Assembly (NCBI GenBank): GCA_046758965.1
Contig: JBHIBG010000028.1
Span: forward strand, 1 to 30,603
Direction of reading: 5' to 3'
Origin: Candidatus Methylomirabilia bacterium
GTDB lineage: Bacteria > Methylomirabilota > Methylomirabilia > Rokubacteriales > CSP1-6
DNA length: 30,603 nucleotides
The position numbers were made by a program, and so were the translations under genes. Positions 7,498 through 15,587 of this stretch are shown here, one piece after another (within the stretch, counting starts at the first letter, position 1; each line of letters begins with the position of its first letter). Under the pieces are notes generated by a model. The model saw only the letters and a list, made by a program, of their open reading frames with translations, did not search any database and was not told where the DNA came from.

Positions 7498-7515
7498 GAT
7501 TTTTGGGAGGAGGGT

Positions 7516-7725
7516 ATGAGAGAGGCGAAGCAGGCGAAGGGAAACTCTCGCCGCACGTTCCTCCTGGGCCTCTTGACTGGCGCGGGAGCGGCAGCTGCGG
7601 TGGCTGCCTCACCCAAGCCGGCGCGAGCCAAGAAGGTTACGTCGGTGACCCCGGCACGCGGCGGACCCATCCTCTACCGGCGGACCGCCGAAGCTGACCG
7701 GTACTACAAGACGCTCTACCTCTAA
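7516..7725 (+). CDS. Small Tat-signal protein of formate dehydrogenase clusters (69 aa)
   Basis: SRRTFL twin-arginine motif, Ala/Gly h-region, C-terminal YRRT..RYYKT typical of the small FDH-region Tat target; GGAGGAGG SD; immediately before fdhA. Confidence 0.85.
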   Translation: MREAKQAKGNSRRTFLLGLLTGAGAAAAVAASPKPARAKKVTSVTPARGGPILYRRTAEADRYYKTLYL

Positions 7726-7737
7726 GGAGGTTCGGGT

Positions 7738-10572
7738 ATGAAACTTCGAAGAGTCAACGGCACGACGACATTTGAGTCGGAGTGGTCGAAGCCGCCCAGC
7801 CTCTTCGTCGGTCGCCGCACCTTCCTGAAGGCGGCTGGCGGCGGGCTTGCGGGACTGGGCGCGCTCATGGGGCCGACCCGCCTGATCGAGGAGACCTACG
7901 CCGCCCAGCACCCGGCGGGGGCCACGCCGCCCCAGCTCAAGCAGGTCAAGACGATCTGCAACAACTGCGCGGTCGGCTGCGGAATGATCGGCGAGGTGCA
8001 GAACGACGTCTGGGTTGCTACCGAGCCCTGGTTCGAGCACCCCATCAACCTGGGCAGCCTCTGCTGCAAGGGTGCCGCCGGGCGGGGCAAGGTGACCAGC
8101 GAGCACCGGCTCCGCTATCCGATGAAGCTCGACGGGGGCAAGTGGAAGCGGATCAGCTGGGATCAGGCGACGTCGGAGATCTCGGCCAAGCTGGCGGAGA
8201 TCCGACAGAAGCACGGCCCGGACGCCCTGATGATCCTGGGCTCGGCCCACCACAACAACGAGGCCGCTTACGCCCTCAGAAAGTTCGCCGCGCTCTGGGG
8301 GTCAAACAACATCGATCACCAGGCGCGTATCTGACACTCCACAACGGTGGCCGGTCTGGCCAACGTGTGGGGTTACGGCGCAATGACCAACTCGATGAAC
8401 GACATCCGGAACAGCCGGAGCGTGCTGATCATCGGGGAGAACCCCTCTGAGTCCCACCCGATCGCGATGCAGCACATCCTGACGGCGAAGGAGGTCAACC
8501 GGGCACCGATCGTCGTCGTGGACCCCCGGTTCACCAAGACAGCCGCTTTCGCCAACAAGCACGTCCGGATCCGCTCGGGGACGGATGTGGCGTTCATCTA
8601 CGGGCTCTGCAACATCATCCTGGCCAACGGCTGGGAAGACCGGAGGATGATCAACGACCGGACCTACGCGTTCGAAGAGTGGCACGAGGTCGTCAAGAAG
8701 TACGACCCCGACACAGTCTCGGACATCACCGGGGCTTCCAGGGAGGACCTCTTCTGGGTCGCCAAGGCGCTGGCCGACAATCGCCCCGGCACCGTCATCT
8801 GGGCCATGGGCGGTACCCAGCACACCAACGGCACCTGCGTCACCCGTTCCTACTGCACGCTCCAGCTCATTTTGGGGAACATGGGGAAGTCCGGCGGTGG
8901 CGCCAACGTCTTCCGTGGCCACGACAACGTCCAGGGGGTGACGGACCTGGGCGTCCTTTCGAACACGCTGCCGGGCTACTACGGCCTCAGCAAGAAGGCG
9001 TACAAGCACTGGGCGAATGTCTGGGACCTCGACTACAACTGGCTCGAGAAGCGCTTCAACCCCAAGACCTTCAACAAGGTCGGCTTCACGGTGGCGCGCT
9101 GGTACGAGGGAGCGCTGCTGCCGGCGAAGGACCTGGGCCAGGATGTGAATGTCCACGCGGTCCTCTACTGGGGGCACAGCTCGAACTGCGAGTCCCAGCT
9201 CGACCGGATCAAGACCGCGCTGGAGAAAGTCGAGCTGCTCGTCGACATCGACCCCTTCGTGACCAACACCTCCACCCTCCCCGACCGGAAGGACGGGGTG
9301 TACATCCTGCCGGCAGCCACGGCCTACGAGCAGCCAGGGAGCATCACCAACACCAACCGTGACATCCAGTGGCGCGACAAGGTGGTGTCGCCGGCCTTGG
9401 ACTCCCGCACCGACCTGGCGATCCTGCTGGACCTGGCCGAGCGGCTCGGGCTCAAGGACAAGCTGATCCGCTCGAAGAAGGGCAACTGGAAGGGCGTACC
9501 GAAGAGCATGAAGAACGTCAAGGAGGTCCCCGAGGAGACCTACGCCTCCATTGTGGGCGAGTGGAACCTCGGCATGCGGACCATCGGCATGGTCGGCCAG
9601 ACCTACGGGCGCATGAAGCGCCAGCAGAAGTGGGCTCACGCCTTCGACGTCAGGACCAAGCGCGCCGAGGGCGGGCCAGTCCACGGCGAGTACTGGGGCC
9701 TCCCCTGGCCGTGCTGGACCGCCAAGCACACCGGCAGCCCCATCCTCTATCGGATTGAAGTCCCGGTGGCGGAGGGCGGCTTGGGCTTCCGTGCCCGCTG
9801 GGGACCCAAGGCTCCTGACGGCCGCACCCTGCTTGCGGGGGAGGGCTCCGCGCCGCCCGGCAGCTCGATCAACGGCGGGTATCCCCAGGCCAAGAACTGG
9901 AAGACCGACCTGAGCGGGAAGGTCTTCGAGGAGATGATCGCTAAGGGTCTGGCGCCGTACGGCAACGGCCGGGCGCGCTTCAACGCCTGGAACATCCCCG
10001 ATCCCATCCCGGTCCACCGCGAGCCCATCCACACCCCGCGGCCGGATCTGATTGCGAAGTACCCCACCTACGATGATGTGAAGGACCACTACCGCGTGCC
10101 GACGCTCTTCAAGAGCCTCCAGAAGGCGGAGTGGGTGAAGAACTATCCGATCATCCTGACCACCGGCCGGCAGGTAGAGCACGAGGGCGGCGGCTGGGCC
10201 GAGCGGAACGTGGGGTGGCTGGTCGAGCTCCAGCCTGAGATGTACGCCGAGATCCACCCGAAGCTCGCCAACGACTACGGCATCCGCCACGGGGAGGAGA
10301 TCTGGATCGAGTCCCCGGAGGACCTGGACGGAAAGCCGAGCCGGGTCAAGGTCAAGGCCAAGGTGACCCGGCGGGTGGGCCCCGACACCATCTTCCTCCC
10401 GTACCACTGGGGCGGGGTGATGGAAGGGAAGTCGTACGCCGACAGGTTCCCCGAGGGGACCCTGGCTTTCGCCATCGGTGAGTCGGCCAATACCGTCGTC
10501 AACTACGGCTACGACCGGGTGACCCAGATACAGGAAACCAAGACCGGCCTCTGCCGGATCAGGAAAGCGTAA
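7738..10572 (+). CDS. fdhA: Periplasmic selenocysteine-containing formate dehydrogenase alpha subunit (Mo/W-bisPGD), 944 aa, Sec199
   Basis: ORFs 7738-8334 and 8347-10572 are in one frame joined by TGA 8332-8334, giving DHQARI-U-HSTTVAGL; Tat motif GRRTFLK; CNNCAVGC..LC Fe-S motif; GAMTN; RGHDNVQG; QETK. Confidence 0.95.
8335..8370 (+). promoter_or_regulatory. Bacterial SECIS element for Sec insertion in fdhA
   Basis: TGGCC (8348-8352), GGTCT loop, GGCCA (8358-8362), with lower stem CCAC/ACG pairing CGT/GTGG. GGTCTG lies at the same offset from TGA as in the E. coli fdhF SECIS. Confidence 0.85.
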
Positions 10573-10586
10573 GGGGGGTGACAACA

Positions 10587-11240
10587 ATGGCTGAGACGAC
10601 TGTTACCATTCCCTACCGGCAAGCCGGGGGCCCTCAGCTCAAGTACTCCCCCGCGCGGATGAAGTTCTATATCGACGTCAAGCGATGTATCGAGTGCGGG
10701 GGCTGCGAGGTCATCTGTAAGAACGAGAACGGAGTGCCTCCTGGCATTGCCCGGATCCGCGTGGTCACCGTCAACGAGGGCGTGCCCGGCGAGACCAACG
10801 TGGCCGTTCCGTGCATGCAGTGCTCCAAGGCGCCGTGCGTGTCTGTCTGTCCCGTAGATGCGCTTTTCATACGGCCGGATGGGATCGTACATGTCAACAA
10901 GGAGACGTGCATCGGCTGCGGCTACTGCCTCTACGCCTGCCCGTTCGGCGCGCCGCAGTTCCCCAAGGGCTCGGCGTTCGGCGCCCGGGGCGTGATGGAC
11001 AAGTGCACCTACTGCGCCGGGGGGCCGGAACTGCCGTTCTCGGCCCGAGAGCGGCGCATGTACGGTGCCAACCGGATCGCCGAGGGGAAGCTTCCTGCCT
11101 GCGCGTCGGTGTGCGCCACGAAGGCCCTCGTGGCTGGAGACGCCGAGGAGGTGGCGAACGTGGTCCGCCAGCGCATGGTGGCTCGAGGCTCTGGCGGTGG
11201 GGGCTGGGGCTGGCAGCAAGCGTATCCCGGCGGCCGGTAA
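10587..11240 (+). CDS. fdhB: Formate dehydrogenase iron-sulfur beta subunit
   Basis: CIECGGCEVIC, CMQCSKAPCVSVCP, CIGCGYCLYACPFGAPQF, MDKCTYCAGGP..PACASVC; no C-terminal TM helix. Alternative GTG start at 10578. Confidence 0.93.
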   Translation: MAETTVTIPYRQAGGPQLKYSPARMKFYIDVKRCIECGGCEVICKNENGVPPGIARIRVVTVNEGVPGETNVAVPCMQCSKAPCVSVCPVDALFIRPDGIVHVNKETCIGCGYCLYACPFGAPQFPKGSAFGARGVMDKCTYCAGGPELPFSARERRMYGANRIAEGKLPACASVCATKALVAGDAEEVANVVRQRMVARGSGGGGWGWQQAYPGGR

Positions 11241-11281
11241 GACCGGTCAGCGGTCACGCTGAGCGCGCATCTGATTCTTCA

Positions 11282-11317
11282 CCCCACCGGGGGTCGCACC
11301 CCGGTGGGGCTTTGTTC
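11282..11317 (+). terminator. Intrinsic terminator after fdhB
   Basis: Perfect 11-bp stem CCCCACCGGGG (11282-11292) / CCCCGGTGGGG (11299-11309), followed by CTTTGTTC. Confidence 0.75.
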
Positions 11318-11401
11318 GTTATGCTGGTGAGACCGTAACGGGAGGGTTGGCCTTCCTCCGAGCTTCTGCCGAAGAACCGACCGGCATGCGAAAGGGGGGG
11401 T

Positions 11402-11578
11402 GTGACCATCCGAGTGTGGATCGTCGGTGCTTTCGTTACGCTGAGCCTGGTGACCGGGCTCGGAGAGCAGCTGGTAGTGAGGGCGGGTGCCCTCGCGTTC
11501 TGGTTCTGGTGGGGATTCGTTGTGTGGCCGGTACCGACGGTGCCCACTCTTCCGCCTATGACAAGGCTCGGGGGGTAG
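11402..11578 (+). CDS. Putative 58-aa small membrane protein (below the ORF-track cutoff)
   Basis: Manual translation: MTIRVWIVGAFVTLSLVTGLGEQLVVRAGALAFWFWWGFVVWPVPTVPTLPPMTRLGG*; purine-rich AAAGGGGGGG upstream; two hydrophobic stretches; ends 23 nt before the cytochrome c ATG. Confidence 0.45.
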   Translation: MTIRVWIVGAFVTLSLVTGLGEQLVVRAGALAFWFWWGFVVWPVPTVPTLPPMTRLGG

Positions 11579-11601
11579 GGGTATCGTGCGAGCCTCGTGC
11601 C

Positions 11602-11976
11602 ATGCCCCGCATCGCGCTCTTGGTGTTGGTCATCCTGGCGGCTTTCGCCGCGGGGGTGGTTGGGGCCACCGACGAGGATGCTACCGCGCTCGGTCAGGAG
11701 CTCTACATCGAGCGCTGCGTCCTCTGCCACGGGAGCAAGGGCCACGGGTGGGAGTGGCCTCGGAAGGTCGTGAAGCCGCCCATACCCGCCCCGAACCTGG
11801 TAGAGACAGTGCCCGAAGTGGACGACGAGTACCTGAAGGATGTCATCCTGGATGGCGGTGAGGCGGTGGGGCTGACTCGGTTTATGCCTGCTTTTCGCTT
11901 CCGGATGAGCGAGCAGGAGGCGGAGGCGGTGATCAAGTACCTGCGTGCCATCACCGGAGACAGGAGGCGAGAATGA
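11602..11976 (+). CDS. Periplasmic monoheme class I cytochrome c
   Basis: Sec signal peptide MPRIALLVLVILAAFAAG; GQELYIERCVLCHG; distal MPAF Met ligand. Start trimmed from the ORF-track 11347. Confidence 0.9.
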   Translation: MPRIALLVLVILAAFAAGVVGATDEDATALGQELYIERCVLCHGSKGHGWEWPRKVVKPPIPAPNLVETVPEVDDEYLKDVILDGGEAVGLTRFMPAFRFRMSEQEAEAVIKYLRAITGDRRRE

Positions 11977-13100
11977 GCAGGGTCGCCGGGCTGACTGTTC
12001 TGGCTCTGGTGATCGCCGTCTCGCCGCTCTGGGCGAACGGGGAGGGCCCCGGTGAGCGCACGGGCTTCTTTCCCCACGCCGTTGCGGTGGGCGACGTGGA
12101 TGGAGACGGCGTCCCCGATCTTCTCGTGCCGGCCTCTGCCGAGCGGAAGGTCACCGTGCTCCGGGGCGATGGGCACGGGGGCTTCAAGAGCAACGACGCC
12201 TATCCGGTTGGGCGGGGTCCCACCTGGATCGTGACCGCCGATCTGAACGGGGATGGCCACCTCGACTTCGTTACCACCGACACCGGCGCCCACAGGCTGT
12301 CGGTCTATCTCGGAGACGGCCGGGGCGGCTTCACGGCAGCGAAAGAGATCACGGGGATCCACGGGCCGGCGTCTGTCGTGGCGGCTGACCTCAACGGGGA
12401 TGGGCGGACGGATCTTGCAGTGGCCCAGGCTGCGGAGTCCCGGATCGCGATCTTGCTCAATCGTGGCGGTGCCCGCTTCGAGCTGCTGACCAGATACCGG
12501 GTGGATCGGGGCCCTCACATTCTCGCCACGACGGACCTCAACGGTGACAAGGTGCCTGATTTGGTCGTCGGGGCGCTGGGGTCGCACAGGCTGAACATTC
12601 TCCTCGGCAAGGGTGACGGGTTCTTCGACCTCCCCGGCAAGGTTGGGGTCGGGCGATTTCCCCACTACATGGCCTTCCCGGACTGGAACCGGGACGGAAG
12701 AGCTGATGTGGCGGTTGTGGTGGCGGGGGATGACGCGGTGGCCCTCCTGGCGGGAGATGGCAGAGGCGGGCTCAGCCCGGGCCCTCGGCTTGCCGTCGGC
12801 GTCAATCCCCATGGCCTCACCATGGCTGACCTGAACAGAGACGGCATAGCGGACCTTGCGGTTGCCAACCGGAGTTCGAGAGACCTGATCGTTCTCCTCG
12901 GAACCGGGCAGGGCTTTGCGCCGGGAAAGCGTATCGTCACCGGCCAGGATATCATTGCGCTGACCGCCGTGGAGCTTGACAGAGACGGGAAAATGGACCT
13001 TGTGCTCGTGTCAGCGAGCCATCATCGGGTCGTGATCTACCGAGGCGACGGCACGGGAGATTTTGTCCCCATGAGTCCCAGGGCCCCGTCAGCCAAGTGA
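11973..13100 (+). CDS. Secreted FG-GAP/VCBS-repeat seven-bladed beta-propeller
   Basis: Signal peptide; seven repeats of D(L/V/W)(N/D)xDGxxDL followed by GxGxGxF; ATGA overlap with the cytochrome c stop. Confidence 0.9.
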   Translation: MSRVAGLTVLALVIAVSPLWANGEGPGERTGFFPHAVAVGDVDGDGVPDLLVPASAERKVTVLRGDGHGGFKSNDAYPVGRGPTWIVTADLNGDGHLDFVTTDTGAHRLSVYLGDGRGGFTAAKEITGIHGPASVVAADLNGDGRTDLAVAQAAESRIAILLNRGGARFELLTRYRVDRGPHILATTDLNGDKVPDLVVGALGSHRLNILLGKGDGFFDLPGKVGVGRFPHYMAFPDWNRDGRADVAVVVAGDDAVALLAGDGRGGLSPGPRLAVGVNPHGLTMADLNRDGIADLAVANRSSRDLIVLLGTGQGFAPGKRIVTGQDIIALTAVELDRDGKMDLVLVSASHHRVVIYRGDGTGDFVPMSPRAPSAK

Positions 13101-13107
13101 GGACGCC

Positions 13108-13752
13108 ATGAGCAGGGTTGAGAGTGCCCTGAGATCTCGCGCCGCTCCCACTCCCGTACGGCCGACCCTTCCTCGGCAGCTCATCGTCCCGGCGGTCATC
13201 GGCTTGCTCGTGGTCATTGTCACAGCGAGCACGTCAGCCTGGCAGCTCCTCGGGGCGGGGCGCGGACTCGTTCCGCCCCGGTACTACCACGTGTCGGGGT
13301 TCATCATTGTCCTGGCGACAACCGTGGGCCAGGCTGTTGGCTGGGCGGGGGGGAGCGGCGTCGCGTACTACGTCATGATGCTCGTCGGCTTCCCGCGGGG
13401 CTTCGCCTCCTGGAAGCTCGCCATGAGCGTCGTCTATCTGGGGTTGGGCGCCCTGCCGCTCCTGGTCTATCACGTGCTCTTCGGTCGAATGTCGCGCGAG
13501 GGGCTGGAGGAGTGGCTCAGCGGCGGCTATCCTGACGCCTACTGGCTGCTGATCTCCGGCCACCGGTGGGTGGACTGGTCTCTGGTCCCGCTCGGGGTGA
13601 TCTTTCTGGGGGTGCTCTGGTTCACGGGTGAATCACCGAGGCGTAGCGGCGCCGCGCAGACGCTGCTCGCGCTGGCGCTCCTCGGGACCTCGCTGGCCGT
13701 GGCGCTCTCGCTCGCGATCCATTCGCCGCCCGCGCACCTGAAGATCTCCTGA
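13108..13752 (+). CDS. Hypothetical integral membrane protein (about 5 TM helices)
   Basis: Five hydrophobic segments; GAGGA SD; starts 7 nt after the propeller gene. Confidence 0.75.
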   Translation: MSRVESALRSRAAPTPVRPTLPRQLIVPAVIGLLVVIVTASTSAWQLLGAGRGLVPPRYYHVSGFIIVLATTVGQAVGWAGGSGVAYYVMMLVGFPRGFASWKLAMSVVYLGLGALPLLVYHVLFGRMSREGLEEWLSGGYPDAYWLLISGHRWVDWSLVPLGVIFLGVLWFTGESPRRSGAAQTLLALALLGTSLAVALSLAIHSPPAHLKIS

Positions 13753-13838
13753 GCAGGGCAGGCGGGAACGCCTCGGAAAAGAAATCTGGTAGACTGAAGT
13801 AATCGGGGTCTCACGCCGAACAGGAGGGCCCGGGGCCT

Positions 13839-14600
13839 ATGAGGAGTTTTCTCCAGCTGAAGGGCGGCAAGCTCGACGAGGTCAAGGGCGAGGTGGTGCG
13901 CGAGCAGCCCGTGGTGATCTATGTGAACGACCAGAAGTTCGTCACCCTCCTGTGCACACCCGTCAAGCTGGACTGCCTCGTGGTGGGGTATCTCTGGCTG
14001 GAGAAAGTCATCGCCTCCCTCGACGACATCAGGCAGCTCGAGGTGTCCGAGGTCGACGGCCGGGCGGATGTGACGCTCACCCACGAGGTCGAGCTTCCCA
14101 GCGAGCGCATCCTCACCTCGGGCTGCGGGGGAGGCATCACGTTTCGCATCGATCCTCGTCTGTTCCCGAGAGTCGACACGAGGCTTCGGGTCCGGCCTGA
14201 GCCGCTCTTCCAGCGGATGAAGGAACTCTATGCTGCGGCGGTCAACTACCGGGCCTCACGGGGGATTCACGGGGCAGCGCTGACGGATGGCGACCGGCTC
14301 CTGATCGTGACTGAGGACGTGGGGCGGCACAACGCCGTGGACAAGATCAAAGGCGAGGCGCTGTTCAGGGGGATTCCTACCCGGGACAGGATTCTCCTCT
14401 CCACCGGGCGCATCTCATCCGAGATGCTCTTGAAGGCCGCCCGCATGGGGGTGCCGCTGGTGGCTTCACGGACTTCCCCCACCGAGATGGCGGTGGCCCT
14501 GGCCGAGCAGCTCGGCCTCACCGTGGTGGGCTACCTCCGCCCCGACAGCTTGAACCTCTACGCCGGGGACGCCTTGCTCGTCGACGGCGTTCCCGCGTAA
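13839..14600 (+). CDS. fdhD: Formate dehydrogenase accessory sulfurtransferase FdhD
   Basis: EQP..IYVN, TSGCG, IHGAAL, EDVGRHNAVDK, TGRISSEMLLK, SPTEMAV motifs. Extended -10-like TGgTAGACT at 13787-13795. Confidence 0.93.
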   Translation: MRSFLQLKGGKLDEVKGEVVREQPVVIYVNDQKFVTLLCTPVKLDCLVVGYLWLEKVIASLDDIRQLEVSEVDGRADVTLTHEVELPSERILTSGCGGGITFRIDPRLFPRVDTRLRVRPEPLFQRMKELYAAAVNYRASRGIHGAALTDGDRLLIVTEDVGRHNAVDKIKGEALFRGIPTRDRILLSTGRISSEMLLKAARMGVPLVASRTSPTEMAVALAEQLGLTVVGYLRPDSLNLYAGDALLVDGVPA

Positions 14601-14668
14601 GCTCTTCCTCCCGCGAGACGGCCACGGCGCGAGCTTGGTGGCTCGCCCAACATCTGCGGGTTTGTGAT

Positions 14669-14697
14669 TTGAATCTCTCTCTGCCCCCTGATAAGAT
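14669..14697 (+). promoter_or_regulatory. Candidate sigma70 promoter for the ccsA-hem operon
   Basis: TTGAAT (14669-14674), 17 nt, TAAGAT (14692-14697), with extended -10 TG. Confidence 0.55.
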
Positions 14698-14774
14698 TTA
14701 CCTTGGTTTTTCGCGGAGTTTCGTCCTAGGAGCCGTTCAATGGCTGGGTATCCTACCGCTCTGGTGCCGGGGCC

Positions 14775-15587
14775 GTGAATACGCTGCTCTTCATCGCGGC
14801 CTTGATCACCTACCTCCTTGCCACGGGGCTGGCCCTGGCGCACCTGATCCACCGGACGGAAGGGGTGTACCGCATGGCCTCGCTGGCTACCCAGGCGGGG
14901 TGGGTGCTCCATACCCTCGCCCTCGTCGTGCGGGGGGTTGAGCTAGCCCGGCCACCCCTGGCCACGCTCCCTGAAGCCGTCTCGGTCATCGTCTGGGCCG
15001 CAGTGCTCCTCACTCTCTGGGCCGAGCGCCAGTTCGGCGTCAAGGTGCTGGGGGCCTTCGTGCTCCCGGTGGTCTGCACCTTCGGGCTTTCCGCCGCCGC
15101 GCTCCCTCATGGGGGCCTGCGCGAGCTGGCGCCCACGCTCCGGAGCGCCTGGATCTCGATCCACGTCGTCCTGGCCCTCCTGGGGATCGCCGCGTTCGTC
15201 CTGAACTTCGCCGGCGGGTTGATGTACCTGCTTCAGGAGCGCCAGCTCAAGTCCAAGCGGCCGGGAGCGTTCTACTACCGCCTCCCCTCGCTGGAGACGC
15301 TCGACCGGATGACGTACCGCGCCCTGACCCTGGGCTTCCCGTTCCTCACCGTGGGGTTGATCCTGGGGGTGATGTGGGCGGGCACGGCCTGGGGGAGCGT
15401 CTTCACGTTCGACCCGCTGGCCCTCTTCTCGATCGTGTCCTGGGTCATCTATGCTGCCACCCTCTCCGGCCGGGCCATGGCTGGTTGGCGGGGTCGCCGG
15501 GCGGCCTACTTTGCCATCGCGGGATTCGCGGCACTGATCGTGACGCTGGGGGCGGGGCTCCTTCTCCCCGGGAGGCACGGCTCCTGA
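14775..15587 (+). CDS. CcsA/HemX-like cytochrome c assembly family membrane protein
   Basis: About 8 TM helices; WISIHV, QERQLK..LPSLETLD, GVMWA..AWG....DP, GWRGRRAA, terminal H; coupled to hemA by TGATG overlap. Confidence 0.88.
   Translation: MNTLLFIAALITYLLATGLALAHLIHRTEGVYRMASLATQAGWVLHTLALVVRGVELARPPLATLPEAVSVIVWAAVLLTLWAERQFGVKVLGAFVLPVVCTFGLSAAALPHGGLRELAPTLRSAWISIHVVLALLGIAAFVLNFAGGLMYLLQERQLKSKRPGAFYYRLPSLETLDRMTYRALTLGFPFLTVGLILGVMWAGTAWGSVFTFDPLALFSIVSWVIYAATLSGRAMAGWRGRRAAYFAIAGFAALIVTLGAGLLLPGRHGS

Noticed and set aside
7738..8346. fdhA as a pseudogene or two separate genes
   Set aside because: The stop is an in-frame TGA exactly at the Sec/Cys ligand position, with a SECIS hairpin behind it.
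8302..10587. 761-aa minus-strand ORF (likewise 24232-25911, 15506-16762 and 11703-12812)
   Set aside because: Antisense shadows of well-supported genes, with no recognisable domains.
11973..13100. Periodic DNA repeats as a possible CRISPR or tandem array
   Set aside because: The periodicity is explained by degenerate FG-GAP protein repeats within a coding frame.
14663..14678. CRP/FNR-type site TGTGA-N6-TCTCT
   Set aside because: Only one good half-site, and it overlaps the predicted -35; too weak to call.
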